Positions 30,025-40,017 of a stretch of DNA of 64,000 bases are shown here, in pieces. The first letter of the stretch is position 1, and each line of letters opens with the position of its first letter. The notes below the pieces were generated by a model, which worked only from the letters and a program-made list of their open reading frames with translations, was not told the origin of the DNA and searched no databases. Both the position numbers and the translations under genes were made by a program. This DNA is from Cyanobacteria bacterium auto_48_18 (GTDB lineage: Bacteria; Cyanobacteriota; Vampirovibrionia; Obscuribacterales; Obscuribacteraceae): the NCBI GenBank assembly GCA_036170915.1, contig JAVHQC010000029.1:198850-262849 (forward strand), written 5' to 3'.

Positions 30025-30462
30025 ATGCCAATACCCATCTCCAGGTCGCCGTGCGTCATAAGCAATGTCCTCGACATTGTCGGTGATCGCTGGACGCTCC
30101 TTGTAGTCAGAGACCTGATCTTTTTCGGCAAACATGAGTACAAAGAGTTTTTGGCCAGCCCCGAATCGATCGCCACCAATATTCTTTCAGACAGATTGAA
30201 GCGACTTCTGGCAGCTGGAATAGTCAAAGAATTTTCTTGCCCGACTAACCGGTCGCGCAAACTTTACTACCTCACACCCAAAGGCAAAGCATTGCTACCA
30301 ATTTTGGTAGAAATGGTGTGCTGGGGAGATCTTTATCTTCCCGAGCTGACCATGATGAAACCGCTGTTCGAGCGCGTCAAAAAAGATCGCGAAGGCTTTA
30401 CAAAAGAAATTTTGCAGGCTCTTGATTCGTGGGAAAGTGAAAACTGTACGATTTCAACTTAG
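30025..30462 (+). CDS. HxlR-family (winged helix) transcriptional regulator
   Basis: 'SPCVIS..LDIVGDRWTLLVVRDL', 'IATNILSDRLKRL', 'YYLTPKG'. Confidence 0.92.
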   Translation: MPIPISRSPCVISNVLDIVGDRWTLLVVRDLIFFGKHEYKEFLASPESIATNILSDRLKRLLAAGIVKEFSCPTNRSRKLYYLTPKGKALLPILVEMVCWGDLYLPELTMMKPLFERVKKDREGFTKEILQALDSWESENCTIST

Positions 30463-30467
30463 CGCTA

Positions 30468-30677
30468 TTAGCCTTGCTCTTCGTCTTCGTCATCTTTGGT
30501 ATTGAAAAACATAATTATCGACAAGACAATAATGACGCAACCGCCACCATTATAAATAAGATTGGTGATACTACCTATGGCATCATGCTCTTCAGCTGAA
30601 TTGGCGAGAAAATGCGCGATAGCGAAGCATGAACAACCGACCAAAAAAAGAATAATCGGTACAATTTTCTTCTTCAT
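30468..30677 (-). CDS. Small two-TM membrane protein
   Basis: 69 aa, two hydrophobic segments, acidic tail; ATGA overlap with the upstream gene. Confidence 0.65.
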   Translation of the reverse strand: MKKKIVPIILFLVGCSCFAIAHFLANSAEEHDAIGSITNLIYNGGGCVIIVLSIIMFFNTKDDEDEEQG

Positions 30678-31969
30678 TGCTTCAACAAATACCCTTTTAA
30701 CGTCGGCACAATTACCGTCAGTAGTTTGGCGCCGCCTTTATGATTCATGTGCACGGTATCCCAATAATCGCTGTCATCGAAAAGCGCATTGTGACTAGCG
30801 TCTAGGTAGGTAACGGCATTGCCGTATTTACCGGTAGTCTTGGCTACTTCAGCCGAAAATCTATTGTAAAAGCCTTCTGGCATAAGGTTTTGATTACTGG
30901 CAGTCAAAGGCATATTTACAATAACTACTTTGATGCCGCGATCTTGGCAAATTTTTAGAGTCTTATCGAGACAGGCCATTTGCACAGTCAAATCACGATC
31001 GGCAATGCCTTTATAACGGCCTGCGTATTCTTTGGCACTGCTCTTCCAGCGTTGTTCAACGGTGGCAGCAAACAAAAGCGCAGTAGCTTCGGTAGAGTTG
31101 ACGGCACCACCAGTAGTAGCATTCTTAATCGGTACAGCCAGCTGCGCCTTGGCAGGAGCATATGTGACTGGTTTTTCTGCTGCCTTAGCAGAGCCGAAAG
31201 TGGCCAGGCGAGCGATTGTCTGACTGACACGCTCAATTCCCTTATCTACTTCTTTTTGCAAACGCCAGCGGCGGCCATATAAAAAACAACTATGATTAGC
31301 AACAAATTCAGCTTTGTCTTCGAAGCGAGGCATGAATGTTTTGCTGTAAGCAATAAAATTTTGCAGGCCCACTATCTGCTGAAAAGAAACAGTAGAAGTG
31401 GGGGTTTTGACATTGTTGTCAGAAAAATCACGAGGGGCAATACCCCATACTAAAACTTCAGGTTTGGTGTCACCTTTGAGAAACTCATTTACGTACAAAT
31501 AAGTATCTGAGCTCATTTGACCAGCGCTGGCCAGCGAAAACACAGGCACCTGACCCACGCCGCTTTTAGCTAGAGCCGCTTGCAGTGCTGCTGATTTGTG
31601 ATAGTGAGCAATGTCGCGAATCTTATGCTCAAAGCTGGCGTCCATGGCCCAGAAAGGAAACATCACCAGAGACGAACCAAGCAAAACGACTTTAGCTGGT
31701 GGCTTCTGCGCCTTAAACTCAGCGATAGCAGCATCAATCAGAACCGGATTGGTCCAGAAATCACCGCCGGCCGCCTTAGCGCTTTTATTCTGCTCCATTG
31801 CGGAGAACTGAGCCAGGCCCACGTTAATCACCGCAAAAATAGAAAGCGCCCAAAATAAAGAGCGTTTGATGCCACTCTTTTTCCACTTAGGCTCAGTCAG
31901 TAGTTCAGGATGTTGACGGTTCTGAACTGCAGACGATTTTGGCGCTGATTTGACTGGAGGAGCTGTCAC
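30674..31969 (-). CDS. Membrane-anchored SGNH-like protein (DUF1574/DltD-like)
   Basis: N-terminal TM; 'LLGSS' block I; C-terminal 'DTVHMN' DxxH. Confidence 0.7.
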   Translation of the reverse strand: MTAPPVKSAPKSSAVQNRQHPELLTEPKWKKSGIKRSLFWALSIFAVINVGLAQFSAMEQNKSAKAAGGDFWTNPVLIDAAIAEFKAQKPPAKVVLLGSSLVMFPFWAMDASFEHKIRDIAHYHKSAALQAALAKSGVGQVPVFSLASAGQMSSDTYLYVNEFLKGDTKPEVLVWGIAPRDFSDNNVKTPTSTVSFQQIVGLQNFIAYSKTFMPRFEDKAEFVANHSCFLYGRRWRLQKEVDKGIERVSQTIARLATFGSAKAAEKPVTYAPAKAQLAVPIKNATTGGAVNSTEATALLFAATVEQRWKSSAKEYAGRYKGIADRDLTVQMACLDKTLKICQDRGIKVVIVNMPLTASNQNLMPEGFYNRFSAEVAKTTGKYGNAVTYLDASHNALFDDSDYWDTVHMNHKGGAKLLTVIVPTLKGYLLKQ

Positions 31970-32057
31970 GAGGGTCTCCGAAGTAGCACTTGACTATTTT
32001 AGTCAACTTTTGCTCCTAGGAAGGTTAGCCGATTTTAAACAAAGCTACAACAATCTT

Positions 32058-33197
32058 CTAAATGGAATTGGGATCAGAGTATGGTGGGAGTTCTTCGCGG
32101 GGCGTCAGCTGCTTATTTAAATTTCGCCAAGGCTCTTGCGGCGCAACATTTGGCGAGTCGCTTCCAGTTCCAGTTCCAGTTCCAGTTCCAGTTCCGTTTC
32201 CGCTTCCACTGCCGTTGTCGCTTTGGGGAGCTGCCGGCGAAAGGCCGAAACGACGCAAGAGCTCCATCATCGGCCTTTGCATTTTCTCTAGAATTTCGGC
32301 AGGGTCGCTGCCAAGATCAAAATTGGGCCCAGAAAATGAAAAGCTGTGCGTACTGCCTCGCGGCAGCGGGGTAAAAGCGCCAAACTCTTTGACCGGGCCC
32401 ATTTGCCCACTCTCAGGAAGCAGCTGGTCTGGCAGTGAACCAAAATTGTCGTCAAAAAATGGAGATGATGAAGCTGAAAAAGGGTTATCACCAGGGGAAA
32501 TGCCGCCAAAATCGCGAGGCATCGGGCCTCTGCGCACTCTGGCCGATCCACTTAAATTGCCGTTATGACCTGGTAAGGCTCCTGGCCCAATAGAGGTAAA
32601 GGAGTTGCCGGCCATGTCTATGCCGATGCCGGCTGTTTTCTTCAGTCGTTCGATGCGGTCAACGTAAGACATTGCCTGAGCAGGCACTCCAAACAGCTGG
32701 CTCTCTAGCCGGTCAAGGCGTTGATCGAGAGTTTCGGACGAAAAGGTCTTTTTTAAAACTCGCCATTCAAGAGTAGAAAGCACCGGGTAATTGCTTTCAC
32801 TGGTGCCGCCACTAGCCTTGTTTTTGGCCATTACCTGCGCCGCTTCGTGATCACGCTCGCGAATAGCAGCTTGCAAACGACTTAAGCGGAGACTATTGGT
32901 GCCATATTGAGACTGGCCAAGAGTGAGCAACTCCAGCCGCTCTAATCTTTTTTCTATTGGGTCGAGATTGTAGCGATGAAAGAAAAATCGATTTTCCAGT
33001 ATTACCAGATCTTTTTCTAAAGCGACATCGGCAGCACTAACACTAAGCTTCGATGTACCAGCATGTGTTTTTGAGTCTAAAGATTTCAACGCCCAGGCAC
33101 CACTTTGAATGGAAAGGCTCAAAGCAACAGCAGCAGTTAGTGCGTAGCGGCATGAACGACCTGCGAACTTCATTTTTCTCGGCTTAACCTCGAACAT
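32058..33197 (-). CDS. Secreted hypothetical protein with repeated 'LE...RL.RLE' helical modules
   Basis: Signal peptide; 'DPIEKRLERLE' and 'ETLDQRLDRLE' modules; disordered C-terminus. Confidence 0.75.
   Translation of the reverse strand: MFEVKPRKMKFAGRSCRYALTAAVALSLSIQSGAWALKSLDSKTHAGTSKLSVSAADVALEKDLVILENRFFFHRYNLDPIEKRLERLELLTLGQSQYGTNSLRLSRLQAAIRERDHEAAQVMAKNKASGGTSESNYPVLSTLEWRVLKKTFSSETLDQRLDRLESQLFGVPAQAMSYVDRIERLKKTAGIGIDMAGNSFTSIGPGALPGHNGNLSGSARVRRGPMPRDFGGISPGDNPFSASSSPFFDDNFGSLPDQLLPESGQMGPVKEFGAFTPLPRGSTHSFSFSGPNFDLGSDPAEILEKMQRPMMELLRRFGLSPAAPQSDNGSGSGNGTGTGTGTGTGSDSPNVAPQEPWRNLNKQLTPREELPPYSDPNSI
32162..32191. repeat. (TTCCAG)5 hexamer repeat encoding Gly-Thr on the minus strand
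   Basis: Five perfect copies. Confidence 0.85.
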
Positions 33198-33246
33198 ACG
33201 ACTATTCTCAGCATAACAGAGATGTCAGTGGATCAATTGTACAGAC

Positions 33247-33283
33247 AAAAAAACCGCCAGCTCCCTTTATGGGCTACTGGCGG
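33247..33283 (-). terminator. Rho-independent terminator of dnaK
   Basis: CCGCCAG...CTGGCGG stem with an A7 tract on + (U tract on -). Confidence 0.8.
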
Positions 33284-33318
33284 CTTTCATAGTTATTGAA
33301 CTGACGAACTGAGACTAA

Positions 33319-35295
33319 TTAGTCTTCAGAAGCGCGAAACTCAGCGTCGACTACATCATCGCCGGAGCCTTGATAGCCACCGCCGCCCTGATCATAACCG
33401 CCACCATTGTTGCCGCCGTTACCGCTGGCGTCACCGTAGCCGCCTTCGTATCCGCCGCCGTCTTCGCCGCCACCTTCACCCTCTTCGCCACCGCCGCGCT
33501 GATGCGCTGCTTGTTGCAAGAGAACCAGAGCGCCCCGAAGTTCGTTCATGATGCTCTTGATGGTTTCGAGATCGGCTTCGTCTTTGAGCTTCTCACGCAG
33601 GTCGGCAACAAGCATTTCGCATCTTGCTTTTTCTGCTGGAGTAACCCGCTCGCCAAGTTCTTTGACCTGACGTTCAACGGCATAACAAATGCTGTCGGCT
33701 TCGTTTCTGACGTCTGCTTCTTCTTTGCGCTTTCTGTCGTCCGATGCATAAGACTCGGCTTCGCGAATGGCGCGTTCGATATCTTCTTTGCCCAGGTTGG
33801 TAGAAGCGGTAATTGTGATGCGCTGCTCTTTTCCGGTTGATTGGTCGCGAGCGGTGACGTTCATGATGCCGTTAGCGTCAATATCGAAAGTTACTTCAAC
33901 TTTAGGCACGCCGCGCTGTGATGGTGGAATACCATCAAGTCGGAAGTTACCCAGAAGTTTGTTGTCGCGAGCCATTGGGCGCTCACCCTGGAATACATAG
34001 ATGTCTACTGCCGTTTGATTGTCATCAGCGGTAGAGAAGACTTCAGTTTTGCGGGTCGGAATAGTGGTGTTGCGGTCCACCAGCTTGGTCATGACACCAC
34101 CCATGGTCTCAATACCAAGTGATAGTGGAGTAACGTCGAGGAGCACTACGCCCTTAACTTCACCACCCAGTACACCAGCTTGAATCGCCGCGCCTACTGC
34201 CACCACTTCGTCAGGGTTGACGCTCTGGTTTGGCTCTTTGCCGCCGGTTACTTGCTTAACCAGTTCTTGTACGGCTGGAATACGAGTAGAACCACCAACC
34301 AGTACAACTTCATCGAGGTTGTTGTATGTGAGCTTGGCATCTTTCAATGCTTGCTCCATTGGCATACGGCAACGTTCTACGAGATGTCTTGTCAGTTCGT
34401 TGAAACGAGCTCTCGAAAGCTTCATCTCAAGGTGCTTAGGCCCGGAAGCGTCAGCAGTGATGAAAGGCAGAGAAATATTGGTTTCTGTTACTGATGAAAC
34501 TTCGATCTTGGCTTTCTCTGCAGCTTCAGTCAAACGTTGCAACGCTTGACGATCTTTGCGCAGGTCAATGCCTTCCAGATTCATAAACTCATCGGCAACC
34601 CAGGTGACTACACAGTGGTCGAAGTCATCTCCACCCAGGTGAGTATCGCCGGAAGTTGATTTAACTTCGAAGACGCCGTCGCCCACTTCTAGAATAGAAA
34701 CGTCGAAAGTACCGCCACCTAAGTCGAATACGAGAATAGTTTCGTTGTCTTTTTTATCGAGACCGTAGGCAAGTGCTGCTGCCGTCGGCTCGTTGATGAT
34801 GCGCAAAACTTCCAGACCGGCAATGGTGCCTGCGTTCTTTGTTGATTGACGCTGCGAGTCGTTGAAATAAGCAGGAACGGTGATTACCGCTGACGTTACT
34901 TTTTCACCCAGATACTTTTCAGCGTCTTCTTTGAGTTTGCGCAAAATCATGGCTGAGATTTCTTCAGGCGAATACTCTTTGCCTTGAATTGAAACCTTAC
35001 AACCGCCGTCTGCGCCTTCCTTAACTTTGTAGGAAACGATTTTCTTCTCTGAATCTACTTCAGAGAACCTCCGTCCGACAAAACGTTTAATTGAATAAAC
35101 AGTGTTCTCGGGATTGAGCACCGCCTGTCGCCGCGCTAATTGACCGACTAAGCGTTCACCAGATTTGGTGAATGCCACGACCGACGGAGTTGTTCTGCCA
35201 CCTTCAGCGTTGGAAACTACGGTAGGCTGACCGCCCTCCATAACCGCGACGACTGAGTTGGTGGTTCCCAAATCAATGCCTACTGACTTACCCAT
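33319..35295 (-). CDS. dnaK: Molecular chaperone DnaK (Hsp70)
   Basis: 'GIDLGTTNS', 'TVPAYFND', '[10 protein letters not shown]', C-terminal 'DDVVDAEF'. Confidence 0.98.
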   Translation of the reverse strand: MGKSVGIDLGTTNSVVAVMEGGQPTVVSNAEGGRTTPSVVAFTKSGERLVGQLARRQAVLNPENTVYSIKRFVGRRFSEVDSEKKIVSYKVKEGADGGCKVSIQGKEYSPEEISAMILRKLKEDAEKYLGEKVTSAVITVPAYFNDSQRQSTKNAGTIAGLEVLRIINEPTAAALAYGLDKKDNETILVFDLGGGTFDVSILEVGDGVFEVKSTSGDTHLGGDDFDHCVVTWVADEFMNLEGIDLRKDRQALQRLTEAAEKAKIEVSSVTETNISLPFITADASGPKHLEMKLSRARFNELTRHLVERCRMPMEQALKDAKLTYNNLDEVVLVGGSTRIPAVQELVKQVTGGKEPNQSVNPDEVVAVGAAIQAGVLGGEVKGVVLLDVTPLSLGIETMGGVMTKLVDRNTTIPTRKTEVFSTADDNQTAVDIYVFQGERPMARDNKLLGNFRLDGIPPSQRGVPKVEVTFDIDANGIMNVTARDQSTGKEQRITITASTNLGKEDIERAIREAESYASDDRKRKEEADVRNEADSICYAVERQVKELGERVTPAEKARCEMLVADLREKLKDEADLETIKSIMNELRGALVLLQQAAHQRGGGEEGEGGGEDGGGYEGGYGDASGNGGNNGGGYDQGGGGYQGSGDDVVDAEFRASED

Positions 35296-35609
35296 ATACT
35301 TTGAAACTCCCTTCGGACCTACTTGAAAGCTCAGGCTGGAGACCCCAAGAAATTATACTTGGGATAGCGCTCTGAACCGAGAACAAAACCTATAGTTTCT
35401 TGCTCGTCTTTTACTGATAACCAGTAAAAACCTCTTTTATGCAACGCAACTCTGGTAATAGACCCATGATGCCAATTCGGCTGGGCTGTGAACTCAAACT
35501 TATACAAAGATTCATATTCGCTAATTCAACCGATTTCAAACACCTATTTTGACGAAATTATCAAAGCACTGGCCAAGAGGTAAATAAATGCAGTTGAAAA
35601 GCGTCGCGC

Positions 35610-37139
35610 TTACTGCCCTCGAGGTGGTCTGGCGATGGCCAACATGGCACCCATGGTGGGCACATCATCGGGAACGGAGCCAACACCTACGGACGCCAGC
35701 ACCGGATAGCCGCCAAAACCTGAACTCAAGGGAGTGGTCATGAGCATCTCCGCCAGCCTGGCAGCAAAATTCTTAGCTGACGTACTTTCTGTCTCAGGCA
35801 GCAGCAAAGCGAAACCAAAGGTCTCGTAGTGGGCCAAGACATCGGTTTTGCGCTTCAGTTTATTGATGCGCTCAGCGACTTCCTTAACTGCGGCAATTGG
35901 CAAAGGCTCGGGCATGGCGGTGGAATCCATCGGTCTGATACTTAATTCAAGCAAAATCACAGAGAGCGGCCGACCAAATCGCTCGTAGCGCTGAAACTCG
36001 CGTTCCAACAAATATAGAAAGGCCGGGTAGGTGAAAAGCCCCGAATCTTGCCGCATCAGCGCGCGCTCAGCGGCCCTAGCCTGCGTCCAATCGATGTCGG
36101 CTTCAACCAGCGGTTTGTCTTTAGAGTCAGGCAACTCATCAACAAAGGTGACCAGATTGCAAGTGGCGAAATTGAAAATTATCGGCACCCACTTTTGTTT
36201 ATTGAGGTTGAATTTGCGCAAAATATCGATCAATCGACTCTTGTTATCGATCATTTGATACATGCGTTTTTGCAAAGTCATATCTGCGCCGGTGCCTTTT
36301 TCAAGCATCTGCTCAAAAAGCTGCTCGGTTATGGAAGGATGGTTGCGCAATAAATAACTCTGGTCGCCAATATTTTTTTGCTTCAGCAATCGATACTGGT
36401 CGTCAAGGGCCGCGCCCTCCATCAATAAAGTATCTAAGCGCTTCTTGATAGTGACAGTTTCAAATTTTGCTTCAGGATAAAAACGAAATTCGCCTTCTTC
36501 CCAACCCACCAGTTCAATCAGGGCAGACGGCCCTTCCAGCGTGCCTAGAACGCAATGAATCGGAGTGCCATCATCAAAATAAACGGTGGCATTTTCGGTA
36601 GGATTTTCAACATCGAGTCGGCCTGTGCCCTTACTCATGCCGATAGACTGCAGCACGTTCGGTATCTGCATATTGAGCAGATCGCCCTCTAGAGTGGCCT
36701 TGCCGCGCATGCGAATGGTGTTGATTTGCGCGTCGATGGCCGGCTGCAAATTCATGCTCATACTTTGGCTCTGGTTCTGGCTCAGATTCTGGCTTTGAGC
36801 TTGACTGCGCAAAGCCACAGGTTTCAAATCAAAGCCAGGAAACTGAGCTGTAATCAGCTGGTGAATAAAACCAGGATCCAGCGAAACTTGATCCCAAACC
36901 AGCATTGAAGTCGAACCATCGCCGCGATAAAGGGCCCAGTGCAGGTCTCCTTTGCCTCGATCTTTAAAAACAGCAAGAGATAATTCTTCCGGTGGGTCAC
37001 CAAAAGGTAGCTGGGTAGTGCGACCCGGCGATTTCAGACTTTCCGCCTGCATGCTATGAAGTTGTTTCAGCGTAGGCAAACTGTCCTGCTTGGGCAGGTT
37101 GTTAATGCCTCGCTCTTCTGGCTTGCGATTTCCCAGCAT
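35610..37139 (-). CDS. DUF4388 (PatA-N-like) domain protein with degenerate GGDEF domain
   Basis: 'LEGDL...IPNVLQSI...TGRL...WEEGEFRF'; C-terminal GGDEF fold with the signature replaced by 'YETFGF'. Confidence 0.8.
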   Translation of the reverse strand: MLGNRKPEERGINNLPKQDSLPTLKQLHSMQAESLKSPGRTTQLPFGDPPEELSLAVFKDRGKGDLHWALYRGDGSTSMLVWDQVSLDPGFIHQLITAQFPGFDLKPVALRSQAQSQNLSQNQSQSMSMNLQPAIDAQINTIRMRGKATLEGDLLNMQIPNVLQSIGMSKGTGRLDVENPTENATVYFDDGTPIHCVLGTLEGPSALIELVGWEEGEFRFYPEAKFETVTIKKRLDTLLMEGAALDDQYRLLKQKNIGDQSYLLRNHPSITEQLFEQMLEKGTGADMTLQKRMYQMIDNKSRLIDILRKFNLNKQKWVPIIFNFATCNLVTFVDELPDSKDKPLVEADIDWTQARAAERALMRQDSGLFTYPAFLYLLEREFQRYERFGRPLSVILLELSIRPMDSTAMPEPLPIAAVKEVAERINKLKRKTDVLAHYETFGFALLLPETESTSAKNFAARLAEMLMTTPLSSGFGGYPVLASVGVGSVPDDVPTMGAMLAIARPPRGQ

Positions 37140-37329
37140 AAGAACGACTTACTTATTAACTCGCGAACTGTAGTTTCCCATCACCATGACCAGGTTGCCA
37201 AGCCGAATGAAAATTTACGGCGCAACCGGCTAACAATGTTTTACCCGAAAAACAAATAATTGCTCTCTTCTTATCTTACTAATATAAAAGGACGCTCTGC
37301 GCTAGAGCGCCATTAGCGACCGTGCTTGG

Positions 37330-38079
37330 CTAAACCAGCTCAGGCTGCCCTTCTAAATCATCTGATGCGGCGAGTAATTCGCCGATTGCCAGAGCTTTGA
37401 CTTTAACAGCTGAGCTGGTGTCTCGCGCCAATTTAAGCAAATCGGATGACTGATAACGGAAGAATACTTGCTCTTTGAGCGGCTGCCAGTGCATCGGCAC
37501 CAGACGCTGAGCACCAATCTCTTCAGCAATTCTTAGTGCTTCCGCCGGTTTTGCGGTGGCATACTTGCCGCCAATAGGCAGCAAAGCCGTGTGAACTGAT
37601 TTTCCCGCCAGCGCCTCAGCAATCAGTGGCGTATAAATCGTGGCGCCTGAATGATAGTAGCCGGCAAAGTAATAACCGTTGACGGGTTTGCCCGGCGCAG
37701 CACTGCGAGCAAAGAGAGCCATAATTGTCTTGCCCAACTGATTGAGCGGATGGTGCGCGGGAATGGCTGTTATTTCCAGGCCCTTGAAAACGATTGTCTG
37801 ATGATGATCGATAACAATAAGTTTTTCAGCAGGAATTTTTCGCCTTTTCGCCAACCACTGCATCAGCGGCCGCGGACCAGCAAAATGGCAATTCCAAGTC
37901 TCATAAAGTTTGCGCGCCATCAAGGCACCATGATCAAAGTGCCCGTGGCTGAAGAGAACAAGGTCGGCTTTAGGCAACTTGGCCAGATCAACTGGTGCTT
38001 GCAAATACGGGTCGGTATAGATGCAAAGACTGTCGATTTCAAATTTTACGGCACTGTGTCCTAAAAAGGTTAGATTCAA
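37330..38079 (-). CDS. MBL-fold metallo-hydrolase (UlaG/UPF0173-like)
   Basis: 'FLGHS', 'SHGHFDH', 'LLPIGG', 'VPMHW'. Confidence 0.88.
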   Translation of the reverse strand: MNLTFLGHSAVKFEIDSLCIYTDPYLQAPVDLAKLPKADLVLFSHGHFDHGALMARKLYETWNCHFAGPRPLMQWLAKRRKIPAEKLIVIDHHQTIVFKGLEITAIPAHHPLNQLGKTIMALFARSAAPGKPVNGYYFAGYYHSGATIYTPLIAEALAGKSVHTALLPIGGKYATAKPAEALRIAEEIGAQRLVPMHWQPLKEQVFFRYQSSDLLKLARDTSSAVKVKALAIGELLAASDDLEGQPELV

Positions 38080-38153
38080 AGCACTTCTCCAGACAGCTCC
38101 GCTTGTACAATCAGAGCCTGATAATTATCCATACCACTTCAGGTTCTATTCAA

Positions 38154-39770
38154 ATGAGAAGACCACAAACTATTCTTTCGGCAGTGCTCGCACTTTCGTT
38201 AATTGTATCCGCATCTCTCAGCGCTCCGTCGCAAGCTGCGCCACAGCCAAAGGAATGGGTCAAATACCTGAGCCCGATGAAGCGCGACACTTATACGCTC
38301 AACAAGGACCAGGACCGGGTCATTAAGAAAAAGGGTTTCAAAAGCACCATTATTGCGGGAGCCAAACCGGTATCAAACCGTGAACTAGGTTACTTCGCCT
38401 TTCTCGATAGCGCCACCGTCAATAGTGAACTTACAGGCAAACATGAGTTGATTGACAAAATGCTCGATAGGCAAGACGTCAATGGCATTTCAGTTACGCT
38501 ACCCTGGCGCGATCTGGCCCCAGAAGAAGAAAAATATGACTGGTCCAAAATTGAAAAATTGCTGGCTATTTGCAAAGAAAAGAATAAAACTCTAATTCTC
38601 AGAGTCTCAACTTGTGGTGCTGACAACTCAGCAGATTCAGATACACCAAATTGGGTGTTCGATGCCGGCGTCAAATCAATCACCTACAAGGGTCCAGACG
38701 GCAAAGACCACAAGATGCCGATTTTCTGGGATTCCACCTACCTGGCTAAATGGGGCAACTTCGTCACCGATCTTGGTGCCAAGTTTGATAAGAATGAAAC
38801 GCTACACAGCGTCGGCATTACTGGTGGTGGCATACTAGGCAGCACACCGGTTGTGCCCGAAATGAGCATTCCGCAGAACCATGATGCTTACAAGGCTTTA
38901 GAAGCTAAACTAACTAGTGAGCATGGCATGAGCCAGAGACAATTAGTAGAGCACTGGAAATATGTAGCCGATATTTTCCCTAAAGCTTTCCCTAACACAC
39001 GTCTCAATTTTGATATTGAGCCACCTACGCCTAACCGCGCCGGACAAGACAGTCTTGACGAAATTACAGACTACCTTGTTTATCGTTACGGCCAACGCGT
39101 TTATTTGACCAAACAGAATATTCAAGACGCCAAACATGGTTTTGATCAGTATCGTGTGCTGCTTAAATTCCACGCCGACACACTTACCGGCTATCAATTA
39201 CAGCCCACTGTAACACCTGAAGAATTGACTAAACTGGCTAAGAATGCCCTTGACGATGGTGTCAGTTTCGTCGAAGTTCCTGTCACGATATTAAACTCTG
39301 ACGATGAATCGGTGAAAAAAGCCCTGGCTGATATTCGCACCCACCTTGGTTATCAATTGGTATCACAGAAGGTGACATTGCCTGCCGACGTTAAAGCTGG
39401 CGATAAGCTCAAGGCTTCATTCACCTTTGCCAATCTTGGCGCCGCCAGCGCCTTACGCCCTGTGCGAAATCTCGACCGTGATATCGCCTCCAGTTATATT
39501 GTGCAAATAGAATTGCAAGATCAAAGTGGAAAACCAGCTGCTTTGTTGCGGCATACACCACTCACTCCGACCAACAAATGGAAATCAGGTCAGCCAATAA
39601 CCTGGGATTTCGATCTGCAAACACCAAAACAATTGAAGCCAGGCGAATATACAGCTTTCTTGTCATTAATCGAGCCTGATACCAAACGCAAAATACAAAT
39701 TCTCAATGCGCTTTCAGCTGATCCGATTGCCGAATCAGACGTTAACGTAGGGAAATTGAAAGTACTGTAA
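38154..39770 (+). CDS. Secreted glycoside-hydrolase-like TIM-barrel protein (GH42/beta-galactosidase-like) with C-terminal Ig-like domain
   Basis: Signal peptide from ATG 38154; 'LPWRDLAPEEEKYDWSKI', 'TPNWV', 'PIFWDSTYL'. Confidence 0.65.
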   Translation: MRRPQTILSAVLALSLIVSASLSAPSQAAPQPKEWVKYLSPMKRDTYTLNKDQDRVIKKKGFKSTIIAGAKPVSNRELGYFAFLDSATVNSELTGKHELIDKMLDRQDVNGISVTLPWRDLAPEEEKYDWSKIEKLLAICKEKNKTLILRVSTCGADNSADSDTPNWVFDAGVKSITYKGPDGKDHKMPIFWDSTYLAKWGNFVTDLGAKFDKNETLHSVGITGGGILGSTPVVPEMSIPQNHDAYKALEAKLTSEHGMSQRQLVEHWKYVADIFPKAFPNTRLNFDIEPPTPNRAGQDSLDEITDYLVYRYGQRVYLTKQNIQDAKHGFDQYRVLLKFHADTLTGYQLQPTVTPEELTKLAKNALDDGVSFVEVPVTILNSDDESVKKALADIRTHLGYQLVSQKVTLPADVKAGDKLKASFTFANLGAASALRPVRNLDRDIASSYIVQIELQDQSGKPAALLRHTPLTPTNKWKSGQPITWDFDLQTPKQLKPGEYTAFLSLIEPDTKRKIQILNALSADPIAESDVNVGKLKVL

Positions 39771-39804
39771 AGCCGGCGCCTCTGGCCTGCCTGCAAGTGT
39801 ATTG

Positions 39805-39924
39805 AAAACTGAAACGTGCACGGTTAAGTTTTTGTTGGCGCCCGTGCGTGCGCTTCTGAGCCGTACCAAACTGAACCAGGTGCTTTTAATCTTGTGCCAA
39901 CTGAAACGTGCACGGTCTAGTTTT
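39805..39924. repeat. Two copies of an imperfect ~26-28-bp palindrome, AACTGAAACGTGCACGGT(TA/CT)AGTTTT
   Basis: Copies start at 39807 and 39899; 18 nt identical, 24/26 overall. Confidence 0.8.
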
Positions 39925-39951
39925 GGAAACACATACCGAAGGCATTTAATA

Positions 39952-39992
39952 TAGAAAGAGGAAGTGGAATTGGGGTTCACTTCCTCTTTCTA
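39952..39992. terminator. Hairpin between convergent genes, probable terminator
   Basis: 15-bp perfect stem TAGAAAGAGGAAGTG/CACTTCCTCTTTCTA. Confidence 0.7.
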
Positions 39993-40017
39993 ACTTTAGA
40001 CGGCTCTGGAATACAAC

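Noticed and set aside
33370..34549. Several plus-strand ORFs within dnaK
   Set aside because: Antisense open frames opposite Hsp70 genes commonly arise from codon bias
35296..35609. CIRCE/HrcA operator upstream of dnaK
   Set aside because: Only a partial half-site (TAGCGCTC); no matching GAGTGCTAA at 9-nt spacing
37995..38153. 5' extension of the GH-like ORF in the ORF track
   Set aside because: Overlaps the divergent MBL gene; the signal peptide begins at ATG 38154
39805..39924. CRISPR array
   Set aside because: Only two full repeats, a ~65-nt interval and no cas genes in the window
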